Assembly (NCBI GenBank): GCA_963555995.3
Contig: OY821641.1
Location: 2,944,001 to 3,008,000 of the forward strand
DNA length: 64,000 nucleotides
Direction of reading: 5' to 3'
Source: Vicinamibacteria bacterium
GTDB taxonomy: Bacteria; Acidobacteriota; Vicinamibacteria; Marinacidobacterales; Marinacidobacteraceae
Positions 44,410 through 53,653 of the stretch are shown here, in pieces; positions within the stretch are counted from its first letter, which is position 1; every line of letters begins with the position of its first letter. The position numbers and the translations under genes were made by a program. A model generated the notes under the pieces. The model was not told the DNA's origin and searched no databases. It saw only the letters and a list, made by a program, of their open reading frames with translations.

Positions 44410-45198
44410 CTACTCCTGCATGTGGTCGAGGTAGATGCGCTCGAGGTCGGCGTGGCCGATCTCGTCGGTGCTCAGCTCGGTGACCAGCCGGCCGTGCCGC
44501 ATGATCCCGATCCGGGTCCCCGACTCCTTCGCGCGAAACAGGTCGTGGGTGGCCATCAGCACGGCCACCCCCCGGCCCCGCAGGGTCTCGATCAGCTCCG
44601 AGAACTCCCGGGACGCCTTGGGATCGAGCCCGGAGGTGGGCTCGTCGAGCAGCAACGCCTCGGCATCCTTCGCCACCGCGATGGCGATGCCAACCTTCTG
44701 CCGCATGCCCTTCGAGTACTCGGCGACCCGGCGCCCGACGGCCGGGCGGGGCAGTCCCACGTCCACCAGGATCTCGGTCAGGCGCTCCGTCGAGAGCGTC
44801 TCCCTGCCGCCGAGCGCCGCGAAGTACTGCAGGTTCTCGAGGCCGCTGAGGTTGCGGTAGAGCATGACCTGCTCGGGGACGTAGGCGAGGCGCCGCCGCG
44901 CGTCGAGCGCGTTCTGCGCCACGTCGAACCCCGAGACCCGGACGCGGCCGGCGCTCGGTTCGATGAACCCGAGGAACAGGTGGATGGTGGTGGTCTTGCC
45001 GGCCCCGTTCGGGCCCAGCAGACAGTAGACCTCGCCCGGCTGAATGGACAGGTCGAGACCGGCTACAGCCTCGAGGTCCCCGTAGCGCTTCACGAGGGAG
45101 CGGGCCTCGAGGACGGGGTCCTCGAACTCGGCCTCGCGGAGGGGAATGGGTGGGGCCTCGCCGGTGGCGGGGGTCTCCAGGACGGCTTGGGTGGACAT
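44410..45198 (-). CDS. ABC transporter ATP-binding protein
   Basis: GPNGAGKTT, YSKGMRQK, LLLDEPTSGLD, ATHDLFRA. ATG 45198 after GGGAGGAG. Confidence 0.95.
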   Translation of the reverse strand: MSTQAVLETPATGEAPPIPLREAEFEDPVLEARSLVKRYGDLEAVAGLDLSIQPGEVYCLLGPNGAGKTTTIHLFLGFIEPSAGRVRVSGFDVAQNALDARRRLAYVPEQVMLYRNLSGLENLQYFAALGGRETLSTERLTEILVDVGLPRPAVGRRVAEYSKGMRQKVGIAIAVAKDAEALLLDEPTSGLDPKASREFSELIETLRGRGVAVLMATHDLFRAKESGTRIGIMRHGRLVTELSTDEIGHADLERIYLDHMQE

Positions 45199-45303
45199 CG
45201 GACTCTCCTCCCGGATGAGGGAACGCCGGCGCCCCGGAGCGGGCGCGGGCGCCACAACAGGACGAAGCAGCCGGCCCGCGGGCCGGCTACGGCTGCTGCG
45301 GAG

Positions 45304-45573
45304 TCAGGCGGGAGGCGCCCGGGAGCCGCCCCCCGTGGGCGTGATCCCGTGGGCGTGCAGAACGGCCACCGGGACCACGGCCGTGAGCACGGCCGGGTCC
45401 GGATTCGCCGGGAGGCCGGCCGCGGCGAAGGGCGCTTCGTGGGCGTGGCAGAGCACACAATGCTCGCCGAGCCCATCGGCCTCTTCGTGCAGATGCGGGC
45501 CGGCGCCGAAGGCCAGCAACGCGAGCATCCCGAGGGCGGCCCACGGAAGCACCCGGCGCAATTTCGGCCTCAT
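45304..45573 (-). CDS. RAPP-motif leader/arrest peptide 1 (DUF2946/CruR-like)
   Basis: MRPKLRRVLPWAALGMLALLAFGAGPHLHEEADGLGEHCVLCHAHE...HAHGITPTGGGSRAPPA*: signal/TM segment, His-rich CxxCH, terminal RAPP. Confidence 0.85.
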   Translation of the reverse strand: MRPKLRRVLPWAALGMLALLAFGAGPHLHEEADGLGEHCVLCHAHEAPFAAAGLPANPDPAVLTAVVPVAVLHAHGITPTGGGSRAPPA

Positions 45574-45580
45574 GCTGCGC

Positions 45581-45609
45581 ATTCTTGGCCGTTCGGGCGG
45601 AAGCGTCAA
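45581..45609 (-). promoter_or_regulatory. Putative sigma70 promoter giving a leaderless transcript
   Basis: TTGACG-N17-AAGAAT-N7-ATG, conserved at 57671-57699. Confidence 0.65.
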
Positions 45610-45683
45610 GTTTCTTCCGGTTCAGGAGTCGCCAGGAGTTCCGAGCCGCCGCTCCAGTTACGGCCGTGATGCCGCCGGCGGCT

Positions 45684-45708
45684 GGGAACGCCGACCTCCG
45701 GTCGGCAT
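45684..45708 (+). repeat. REP-like palindrome variant
   Basis: gggaac-gccgacc-tcc-ggtcggc-a. Confidence 0.65.
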
Positions 45709-45811
45709 CACGCTGCGCAACGGCGCAGTGTCGACCTGCACGGATCGTTGTTTCGCTCGGTGCAACCGGGCAACCACGGCGGTCGGCCGTGGGAGGGCTT
45801 GTCGCGACACG

Positions 45812-47245
45812 TCACGCTTCCCGGAATCGAGTCTGAAGCCTCGCGAGATTCCTTCGCGCCAGGGCCGCCGCCAGCAGCCCCAGGCCGAACAGGTAGCCGA
45901 CCGGGAAAAGGACGCTCCGGCCTACCGCGCCGAGATCGCTCTCCCGGAAGGCATAGGCCGGGACCGCGTCGACCTCGGCGACCGTCAGCCGTTCACCGGC
46001 GAGAACCTTGGCTTCCACGTGCCGGGCAATGGCCCGCTTGTAGTCCCTGACCTCTCCCTCGAAGCGGACCTGCCGCGCGAGATCCGTACCGGAGATCTCG
46101 TTGATGGACCGCATGGCGAGGGCCGCCGGGGCGGCGTACTGCACGAGGCTCAGGAACGACTGCCGCCGGTCCTGGACCGCCTCGAACTCGGCCAGCACCG
46201 GTTCCACGGCGCGGTCCACGGTCTCGTTCACCAGATAGGAGACCCGGATGTACTCGGGGATCGTGTAGTTCTCGACGGTGAGTTCCGGGTGATCCAGCAG
46301 CATGCCCTGCATGACGTCCGCCCGTGACCGATAGGCCTCGTTCGAGACCTCGCGGGCGGTTGACAGGAACGCCAGTTGCGACGGGGCCGGATGGATGAGC
46401 TGGGCGGCCGCGGCCAGCACCGCGGGTCCCACCAGCCCGTTCAGGACCCAGAACCCGATCATCATCATCGCGGTGGTCTCACTCTTCCGGTTGAGACTGA
46501 CGAACCAGTAGATCGCTCCGGTCCAGAACGCGAAATAGCCGGACGCCGCCAGGAACCAGAACCCGAAGCGCCCCAGCCGCTCGCCGCCGGGGACACCGCC
46601 CGCCCCGATGAAGAGCCCGGCGAGCAGGGCGGCGACGAGAATTGCGAACACCGCGCCCAGGCGAACGAGCAGCTTCGACCGGACCACGGCGCGCACCGAG
46701 ACCGGGTGCGACAGAAGCAGGCCGAGCCGGCCACTGTCCCGGTCGCGGGACAACGCTCCGAACGTCAGTGCGATCATCAGGAGGGGCATGACGAAGAGCA
46801 CCGCGAAGGCGAGGTCCAGCTTGCCGGCGCGAATCTCGTTCGGGCTCTGAAACTGGTAGTTCCCGAACAGCCGGTCCACGCTGCGCCAGAGCGACACCCT
46901 GGAGGTGAAGGGATGCACGTCGGTCACCCCGTGCGAAAAATCGGCCAGGGGTCCCGGCGCGGCGACGGCCGGTCGGGCGACGTCCATGGCCAAACCCGCG
47001 AACCGGTCGTCTTCGGGCGCCACGTCCCCCGACTCGACCGCGACGACCCGTGCGCGCCAGTCCGCCGCCCGCTCGAGGTGCTCGGTCTCGAAGGCCGTCG
47101 CCGCCTCTTCGAGCGCCTCGCGGTACTCGGCGCCCCGGAGCGACGCCCAGAGGCAGATCAGGGCGAAGAGCCCCAGGAGCACGAGCTGGATGCGGTCGTG
47201 GAGGAGCGCCATGCGTTCGTGCTTCAGGACCGCCCGCGTGGTCAT
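45812..47245 (-). CDS. ABC-2-type permease, DUF3526 family
   Basis: GKLDLAFAVLFVMPLLMIAL, SRDRDSGRL, IHPAPS, ISGTD. Paralogue of 41554..42987. Confidence 0.85.
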   Translation of the reverse strand: MTTRAVLKHERMALLHDRIQLVLLGLFALICLWASLRGAEYREALEEAATAFETEHLERAADWRARVVAVESGDVAPEDDRFAGLAMDVARPAVAAPGPLADFSHGVTDVHPFTSRVSLWRSVDRLFGNYQFQSPNEIRAGKLDLAFAVLFVMPLLMIALTFGALSRDRDSGRLGLLLSHPVSVRAVVRSKLLVRLGAVFAILVAALLAGLFIGAGGVPGGERLGRFGFWFLAASGYFAFWTGAIYWFVSLNRKSETTAMMMIGFWVLNGLVGPAVLAAAAQLIHPAPSQLAFLSTAREVSNEAYRSRADVMQGMLLDHPELTVENYTIPEYIRVSYLVNETVDRAVEPVLAEFEAVQDRRQSFLSLVQYAAPAALAMRSINEISGTDLARQVRFEGEVRDYKRAIARHVEAKVLAGERLTVAEVDAVPAYAFRESDLGAVGRSVLFPVGYLFGLGLLAAALARRNLARLQTRFREA

Positions 47246-48675
47246 GCCGCCATCTCCCCGAGGAAGCCTCGGCGCACTCCCGCGGCCGCCATCGCGATCG
47301 CGATCGCGAGCCAGAGCACGAGGATGATCACGTCGGGCCACACCCCGCGGACGGCCTCGCCGATGCCGGGCGCGGCGTACTCGAAATCGGGGTTCTGCCG
47401 CCAGAAATCGTTGCCGGAGACGTAGGCGTAGCCGTCCGCGCCGCCGTGGTCGATCATTTCCTGGTTCAGCAGGAGCACGAACTCACGCCGGAACGCCTCG
47501 GCTTCGTCCGCGAAATGCCGGTAGGCGTGGATGCCGGTTCCCGCGAGCGCCATCGAGACGTTCTGCGCGGCGATCGTCGGCGAGACGAGGGCAAAACCAC
47601 GCGCGATGGCGCGCTGGCTTTCATAGCTGCCCCAGAGCTCGGCGTACATCGTGTCGAACACCCCGTTGGCGAACTCCTCGCTCGCCTGGAGGAGGTACCC
47701 GTCATAGTTGATGGGGAGCGCCTCGACCGTCTCCACCCCGTATTCGGCGAGCGCGGCGTCCATCACCCGCTGCCGGCGCTGGACCGCTCCCTCGCTGGCG
47801 TCCCAGAACGGGTCGGCGCCTTCCCGGTCGAGGCGGGCCGCGAATTCGGGCGCCGATGGGGCGGGGGCGAGGGCGCCTGCCACCTCCGGCCCGATTCTGG
47901 GCCCGAGGACGGTCGCGACGATCCAGACGCCCATTAGTCCGGCGAGCGCCGTCCGGGACCGCGAAGCAAGTGCGGAAACGCCCAGGGCGAGGAAGACGAA
48001 GATCGCGAGGTAGACGAGATAGAGGGCGGCGAGCCCCGCCGTGCGCCACCCGGTGTCCGGCAGCCGCTCGATGCCTTCGGCGCCCATCACGATTGCGGAT
48101 CCGACCAACACGCCGCAGACCAGCAAGCCGGTCAGGCTGAAAGCGGAGACGGCCTTCCCGAGGAGGAGCGAGACCGGGCGCACCCCCGCGGCCAGGAGCT
48201 GCCGCAGCGTCCCGGACTCGCGTTCGGCGGCGACGGCGCCATAGAGAAGGATGAAGATCAGCAGGGGGCCGAAGACCTGGATCACCCATGCCGGGTTCAA
48301 CTGGGCGATCCGCTGGATCTCGACGGCGTCCTCGACGGGCCTGAGCGCGGCGGGATCGCGGTAGTGCGCTTCGAGCCAGATGGCGTTCCCCACGTAGTCG
48401 GTCAAACCCGGGTCGAACACCGCCAGGTTGAAGGTCGGCTGGAACGCGTAGCGCGAGAAGTGGGCCGCGGTATGCGGGTTCTTCAGTCCCTGCGTGTCCC
48501 AGATCTCCCGGTCCATCGCAACCGCGGACGCGCGTTCGCGCTCCATCGAGGAGACGGCGCTCCAGCCGGTCACGGTGGCGGCCAGGCCGAGCAACGCCAC
48601 GATGCCGAACACGGTGACGACCCGGCCGTCCCGCCAGTACTGCACGAACTCCTTCCGGGCGATCGCGCGGATCAT
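47242..48675 (-). CDS. ABC-2-type permease, DUF3526 family
   Basis: KNPHTAAHFSRYAFQP, DPGLTDYVGNAIWLEAH, AERESGTLRQLL. Paralogue of 42990..44399. Confidence 0.88.
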   Translation of the reverse strand: MIRAIARKEFVQYWRDGRVVTVFGIVALLGLAATVTGWSAVSSMERERASAVAMDREIWDTQGLKNPHTAAHFSRYAFQPTFNLAVFDPGLTDYVGNAIWLEAHYRDPAALRPVEDAVEIQRIAQLNPAWVIQVFGPLLIFILLYGAVAAERESGTLRQLLAAGVRPVSLLLGKAVSAFSLTGLLVCGVLVGSAIVMGAEGIERLPDTGWRTAGLAALYLVYLAIFVFLALGVSALASRSRTALAGLMGVWIVATVLGPRIGPEVAGALAPAPSAPEFAARLDREGADPFWDASEGAVQRRQRVMDAALAEYGVETVEALPINYDGYLLQASEEFANGVFDTMYAELWGSYESQRAIARGFALVSPTIAAQNVSMALAGTGIHAYRHFADEAEAFRREFVLLLNQEMIDHGGADGYAYVSGNDFWRQNPDFEYAAPGIGEAVRGVWPDVIILVLWLAIAIAMAAAGVRRGFLGEMAA

Positions 48676-49406
48676 GCCGGGCCTCCGCCGGCGCCGGCCG
48701 CGCCGCCCCGCATGGATTCCAGGTAGATCTTCTCCAGTTCCGCGCCCGTGACGGACCCGGGATCCAGGCGCTCGACGAGTTCCCCGGACTTCATGATGCC
48801 GATGGTCGTGCCGAGTTCCATGGCGCGGAAGATGTCGTGCGTCGCCAGCAGGATGGCGGCGCCGTCGCGCCGGAGGTCGGCGAGGACCTCGGTGAACTCG
48901 TTCGCCGCCGCGGGATCGAGCCCCGAGAGCGGCTCGTCGAGGAGGAAGGCGCTCGCCCGCCGGGCCAGGGCCGCGGCGATCGCGACCTTCTGGCGCATCC
49001 CCTTGGAGTACCCCGAAACGCGCCGGCGCGCCTCGAGCGCATCGAGCCCGGCGCGTTCGAGGAACCGGAGGAGTTCAGCGGTGCGGTAGTCCCGGTGTCC
49101 GGAGAGTTCGGCGAGGAACTCCAGGTTCTCCAGCCCGGTCAGGGACGGGTAGAGCGCCACCTGCTCCGGGATGTACGCGAGATGCCGCTTGGAGCCGACC
49201 GGATCGCGCTGGACGTCGTGTCCGTTGACCAGCGCCGATCCGGAAGTCGGTTCGATGAAGGCGAGGAAGAGGTTGATGGTGGTGGTCTTGCCGGCGCCGT
49301 TGGCGCCGAGGAGACACAGCGACTCCCCGGCGCCGATCCGGACGTTCAGGGCGTTCAGCGCCCTCACGTCGCCGAAGGACTTCGTGAGTTCCCGGGCTTC
49401 GAGCAT
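48672..49406 (-). CDS. ABC transporter ATP-binding protein
   Basis: GANGAGKTT, YSKGMRQK, LLDEPLSGLD, ATHDIFRA. Confidence 0.95.
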   Translation of the reverse strand: MLEARELTKSFGDVRALNALNVRIGAGESLCLLGANGAGKTTTINLFLAFIEPTSGSALVNGHDVQRDPVGSKRHLAYIPEQVALYPSLTGLENLEFLAELSGHRDYRTAELLRFLERAGLDALEARRRVSGYSKGMRQKVAIAAALARRASAFLLDEPLSGLDPAAANEFTEVLADLRRDGAAILLATHDIFRAMELGTTIGIMKSGELVERLDPGSVTGAELEKIYLESMRGGAAGAGGGPA

Positions 49407-49437
49407 GGTGCTTCCTCCTCCTCCGGTCAGCAGGTCG

Positions 49438-51837
49438 CTAGGGGCCGAACCGATACCTGAACGAGACCAGCGCGTGCCGGGTCGGAAGGGGCATCATCGT
49501 CCGGAAGCCGCCGAGCTGGAAGTCCAGCGAATCCGTCAGGTTCTTGATTGCGAGGTCCACGACCCAGTCGCGGCGCTCGTACCCGAAGTTCAGGTCGAAG
49601 CGCGCCGTGGCCGGCACTTCCCAGTCCGGGTTCGGGAGCGCGGCCATGCGGGCGCCCGTCGCGTACGCCCCGCCGCCGAAGGACAGTCCCCGAAGGGAAC
49701 CGTCGCGGAAGCGGTAGTTCAGGAAGACGCTCCCCGAGTGGGGCGCGACACCGGCGAGACGGCCACCGAGATAGGCCTCGCGGACGTCCTCGCTCACGTC
49801 CGAAGTCATGCCGGTGTAGGTCGCGATGACGTTCAGGCTCGGCGTGACGGCTCCGGCGACTTCCATCTCGACGCCGCGGCTGTGCTGCTCGCCCACCTGG
49901 ATGCTGAAGGTGAACGTCGGGTCGTCCGGATCCGGGACGACGATGTTCTGCTTCCTGAGGTCGAACCAGGCGACCGTCGCCAGGACGCGGCCGTTCCCGA
50001 ACTCCTGCCTCCATCCCACTTCCCACTGGCGCCCGCGGGTGGGCTTCAGGGGTTCCCCGCTCGCCTGCCGCGGCGAACTTCCGGAGTGCCCGGTCAAGTT
50101 CGGGAGGAACGACGTCGCGAAGCTTCCGTAGACGTTCCCGGCCGGGAGGATCTCGTAGGTGACCCCGGCGCGCGGGCTGAAGTCCTGGTCGTCCTGGTCG
50201 TCAAGGAGCATTCCGTTCGCAATGTCGTACTGCCGGGACGTGAAGGAACTGAACCTTCCGCCGAGAAGAACCTTCAGCCTTGATGTGAATGAGAGCTGAT
50301 CGAGCAGGTAGATTCCGGTCTGGCTTCCCTCCGTGTCGTCGTTGAAGCCGTACAGCGGAAACCCCGGGACCGCTCCGTACTCCGGTGCGATCCGATCAAT
50401 GGGGTCCAGCGAAATGATGTCGAACTGATAGAAGAACCGGTAACGGGAGAACTCCACGCCGGTCACCAGTTCATGTTCCACGCCGCCGGTCGCGAAGCGT
50501 CCGTACAGCTCGTTCTGGAAGCCGTCGTTCTCCGCGGTTTCGTCGGTGACGAAGTTGTCGCGGTTGATGGTGCGGCCATCGGGATCCAGGGGGAAGAACG
50601 AGAAGCCGGCGGCGTTGACCTCCTGGGTGGCCTGCATGCGCGAAAAGCCGGTCCGGAAGCTCCAGTCGGGTGAGAAGTCGTGCGTGAGATTGAGCAGAAC
50701 GATGCGCTGCTCGTTCACCGACCGCGCCCACCGCTCGCCGTAGCTCTTCGTGGCCGGCTCGTCGAGAAAGACTTCCGCGATCGGGAAGCCCCGATCGAAG
50801 TTGTGGTCGAAGCGCGCCCATTCGGCCTCGAACGTGACGGTCGTCCCCGGCCGGAGAATCCAGGTGAGCGCGGGAGCGACAAAGGAGTTCTCGTGCTCGA
50901 TCAGTTCCCGATAGCTGTTCGCGCGGTCGTAGGCGGCGTTCACCCGGAAGAGCAGCGTGCGCGAGGCGTTCAGCGGGCCGGTGAGGTCCACGGTGGGCCG
51001 CAACTGTCCGAAGCTGCCTCCCGTGAAGCCGAACTCGTAGCGGTGCTCCGGGAGCGGCTTCTTGGTGATCGTGTTGACGAGGCCGCCGACCTCGCCGGCG
51101 CCGTAGAGCAGCGACGACGGACCCTTGAGAAACTCGACCCGTTCCACGTTCGCGACATCGGTCTTCGACAGGAACGGGAACTGCTGGAAGCCGTTTCTCA
51201 GGTTGACGCCGCTGAACCCGCCCGAGAAACCCCGGAACGCGTAGTGGTTGTTCTGCGTGCCCCCGTACGAGGTGAGGGCGGTGACGCCGGCGGCGTTGTG
51301 GGCGGTGTCGCTCAGGTGGACCACGACCCGGTCCTCGATCACGTCCCGCGGAACCACGGAAATGGACTGGGGCACCTCGATACGGGAAAGATCGAGCTTC
51401 GTCCCCGTGGTGGCGGTCCCGGCGACGTATCCCTCGGCCTGCGCGGTGACGCTCACCGACTCCGCCAGCCCGGTGAGCTCGAGCTCGAAGTCGAGTTCTT
51501 CGGCGCCCGAATCCACGAGGACTGTCCGGGCGGCGAGATCGAACCCGGATGCCTGGACTTCGACGAGGTACTCGCCGGGAGCGAGCGGCAGGGTGTAGGA
51601 GCCGTCGCCAGCGGAGCGGGTCTCGGCCACGAGCTCGCCCTCGCGACGGATGGTGATGCGGGCGCCCCGGATGGCCCCGCCGGTCGAGTCAACGACGGTG
51701 CCGGCCAGCGAGGAAGAGGAGGAGGATTGCGCCTCGGAATCGGTCGCGGCGCTGTCCTCGCGCGCCTCGACGGGCGCGGTGGCGAAGGCGGCCAGCAGGC
51801 CGGCCGCCAGGAAAGAAAGGAATCTGGATCGGTACAT
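49438..51837 (-). CDS. TonB-dependent (siderophore/metal) receptor
   Basis: Signal peptide, TGTKLD...EVPQSISVV, NVERVEFLKGPSSLLYG, SPRAG, GEQHSRGVE, IKNLTD, terminal FRYRF. Confidence 0.93.
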   Translation of the reverse strand: MYRSRFLSFLAAGLLAAFATAPVEAREDSAATDSEAQSSSSSSLAGTVVDSTGGAIRGARITIRREGELVAETRSAGDGSYTLPLAPGEYLVEVQASGFDLAARTVLVDSGAEELDFELELTGLAESVSVTAQAEGYVAGTATTGTKLDLSRIEVPQSISVVPRDVIEDRVVVHLSDTAHNAAGVTALTSYGGTQNNHYAFRGFSGGFSGVNLRNGFQQFPFLSKTDVANVERVEFLKGPSSLLYGAGEVGGLVNTITKKPLPEHRYEFGFTGGSFGQLRPTVDLTGPLNASRTLLFRVNAAYDRANSYRELIEHENSFVAPALTWILRPGTTVTFEAEWARFDHNFDRGFPIAEVFLDEPATKSYGERWARSVNEQRIVLLNLTHDFSPDWSFRTGFSRMQATQEVNAAGFSFFPLDPDGRTINRDNFVTDETAENDGFQNELYGRFATGGVEHELVTGVEFSRYRFFYQFDIISLDPIDRIAPEYGAVPGFPLYGFNDDTEGSQTGIYLLDQLSFTSRLKVLLGGRFSSFTSRQYDIANGMLLDDQDDQDFSPRAGVTYEILPAGNVYGSFATSFLPNLTGHSGSSPRQASGEPLKPTRGRQWEVGWRQEFGNGRVLATVAWFDLRKQNIVVPDPDDPTFTFSIQVGEQHSRGVEMEVAGAVTPSLNVIATYTGMTSDVSEDVREAYLGGRLAGVAPHSGSVFLNYRFRDGSLRGLSFGGGAYATGARMAALPNPDWEVPATARFDLNFGYERRDWVVDLAIKNLTDSLDFQLGGFRTMMPLPTRHALVSFRYRFGP

Positions 51838-52043
51838 CTGTGTTCTCCCGATATCTCGCCCTCGGAAAGACAGTTCCGGCGGCGGCCGTGCGGGACGCGG
51901 CGGACCGTTCGTTCCTGAGGGCTTCCCGAACGGCGTCGGGGAACGCGGTAGCCGCGAGGGGACGCGCGCGGTCGGATGACCGCGGCGGCGTGCCGGCCCT
52001 GCGCCCGCCGGGAACAGCGGACGTGCACGGCCGGCTGGCGGAA

Positions 52044-52331
52044 CTACGCGGGAGGAGCGCGGGCGGGACGGCGCCGGAGGCGCAGGGACACGGCCCGGCG
52101 GGGCGCACGCGCCGGCTCAACGCGGGCGGGCGCCCGGGAAGAGCCGAATTCCGCCGGCCCCGCGAGATCGGCGGTCTGGCGCCCCGCGTGGCAGACGGCG
52201 CACTCGTGGTCGTCCGCGTGCTCTTCGTGCCAGGCGCCCGCGGGAGCGCCGACCAGCAGCGCCAGCGGGATGGCGATCGCCGCCAGCCAGCCGGCGCGCA
52301 GCCACCCGGGGCTGCCTCGTCCGCTACCCAT
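52044..52331 (-). CDS. RAPP-motif leader/arrest peptide 2 (DUF2946/CruR-like)
   Basis: ...WLAAIAIPLALLVGAPAGAWHEEHADDHECAVCHAG...RRRPARAPPA*. GGAG RBS; 206 bp upstream of the TonB receptor. Confidence 0.85.
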   Translation of the reverse strand: MGSGRGSPGWLRAGWLAAIAIPLALLVGAPAGAWHEEHADDHECAVCHAGRQTADLAGPAEFGSSRAPARVEPARAPRRAVSLRLRRRPARAPPA

Positions 52332-52372
52332 GATCGGCTCCAGCTACTACGTCTCGCGAACGGCGGATGCCG

Positions 52373-53611
52373 CTAGTGGAGACCCACGCCCGGATGGTCC
52401 GCCACCCACGTTTCCGGCATGAGGTAACGCCACTCCCCGTCGCGCAGCTCCGGGTGCAGCATCTTGATGATGTCCGCCAGCCGCCAGTCCGGGCGGATGG
52501 CCCCCATCTCCCACAGCTCCCACGCATCCGCGGTGGGATGGCGCTTGCCCTGTTCGTGGAAGACGCAGTCGTCCCGATAGGCCTTGAAGCGCGAGAGCAC
52601 GGCCTCGTCGTCGAAGACCGAGGACAGCGGATCGCGGATCATCCAGCAATCGGCGTCCGTTCCGTCCCGCAGGAGCCGTTCCGTTGAGAGCAGGGAAAAG
52701 GTGTCCAGCTCGGGATCGTCGTCGGCGCCGAGCACGAGTTCCGCGTTGGCGTCGCGAATGAGGGCCGCAATTCCGTTCCGCTGCGTAACCGCCCAGCGAT
52801 TGCCCGAACTCCGGTACCAGGCCCAGAGGACCGACCGGCGGGGCTGCTCCCCGGCGAGAGACTTCAGGCGGTCCACCTCGCGCGCGACCATCTGCACGAA
52901 CGCGTCGGCTTCCGCCTCCTTCCCGGTCAGCAGACCCATCAACCGGATCCAGGCGACGCCGCCCATGTAGTGGGGCTCCGTGTCAACGAAGGTCGGCACG
53001 ACCGGAATGCCGAGCGACTCGACGCGCTCCATGTGCTGGGTGTGGGTGAGGTCGGCCATCTGCGCGACGAGCACGTCCGGTTCGGCCGCCACCAGGGCAT
53101 CGAGCGTCGGCGGCCGGTGCCAGGAATAGCCGATCTGGTGGATCTCACCCGACCGGGTCCGGCGGCGCAGGTCGTCGTCGTAGCTGTTGTGGCCGCCGAC
53201 CGCGACGATCCGGTCCTCGACGCCAAGTGCCCGCAGCATGGCCTCGTGGGGTTCATCGTTGACGGCGATCCGCTGGACGGGCGTCCGGATCAAGGTGGCG
53301 TCCGCCAGGTCTCCCGTCAGGGCGGGCGGCTCCGTCCCCTTCGGGACCAGCACGAGACGGGCGCGTTGCGCCGGCCCCCCCGCCGATCCGCCCCAGGCGA
53401 CGACCGACGCTTCGATGTCAACGATGTGGTAGCCATCGCGTTCGACGACGCTGAAGATCCGGGAGCCGGGCGTTTCGAGCGCCTCGGCTTCCACGGTCTC
53501 CGGGGCGTCGGGCGGGTCCGGCGCGCCCGGCCCGCACGCGACCAGGCAGGCCAGCAGGACAACGGCCGTCGGTATTCGCGACCAACTTCGTTGGAACTCG
53601 CATAAGTCCAT
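52373..53611 (-). CDS. ABC substrate-binding lipoprotein (iron-siderophore/cobalamin class)
   Basis: LVAC lipobox, IRTPVQRIAV, LDALVAAEPDVL, WEMGAIRPDWRLADIIKMLHPEL. Confidence 0.88.
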   Translation of the reverse strand: MDLCEFQRSWSRIPTAVVLLACLVACGPGAPDPPDAPETVEAEALETPGSRIFSVVERDGYHIVDIEASVVAWGGSAGGPAQRARLVLVPKGTEPPALTGDLADATLIRTPVQRIAVNDEPHEAMLRALGVEDRIVAVGGHNSYDDDLRRRTRSGEIHQIGYSWHRPPTLDALVAAEPDVLVAQMADLTHTQHMERVESLGIPVVPTFVDTEPHYMGGVAWIRLMGLLTGKEAEADAFVQMVAREVDRLKSLAGEQPRRSVLWAWYRSSGNRWAVTQRNGIAALIRDANAELVLGADDDPELDTFSLLSTERLLRDGTDADCWMIRDPLSSVFDDEAVLSRFKAYRDDCVFHEQGKRHPTADAWELWEMGAIRPDWRLADIIKMLHPELRDGEWRYLMPETWVADHPGVGLH

Positions 53612-53653
53612 GATATAAGGTTCCTTATGGGCTAGGCGACGAGGGACGCAACA

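Noticed and set aside
45304-45573. Leader peptides as c-type cytochromes (CxxCH)
   Set aside because: There is no globular domain after the motif, and the terminal RAPP and position upstream of operons fit DUF2946-like leaders better. Heme attachment is not strictly excluded.
51838-52043. Cobalamin riboswitch upstream of the TonB receptor or Btu-like ABC genes
   Set aside because: No recognisable B12-box (GCCACTG) core seen. An Rfam scan would be decisive.
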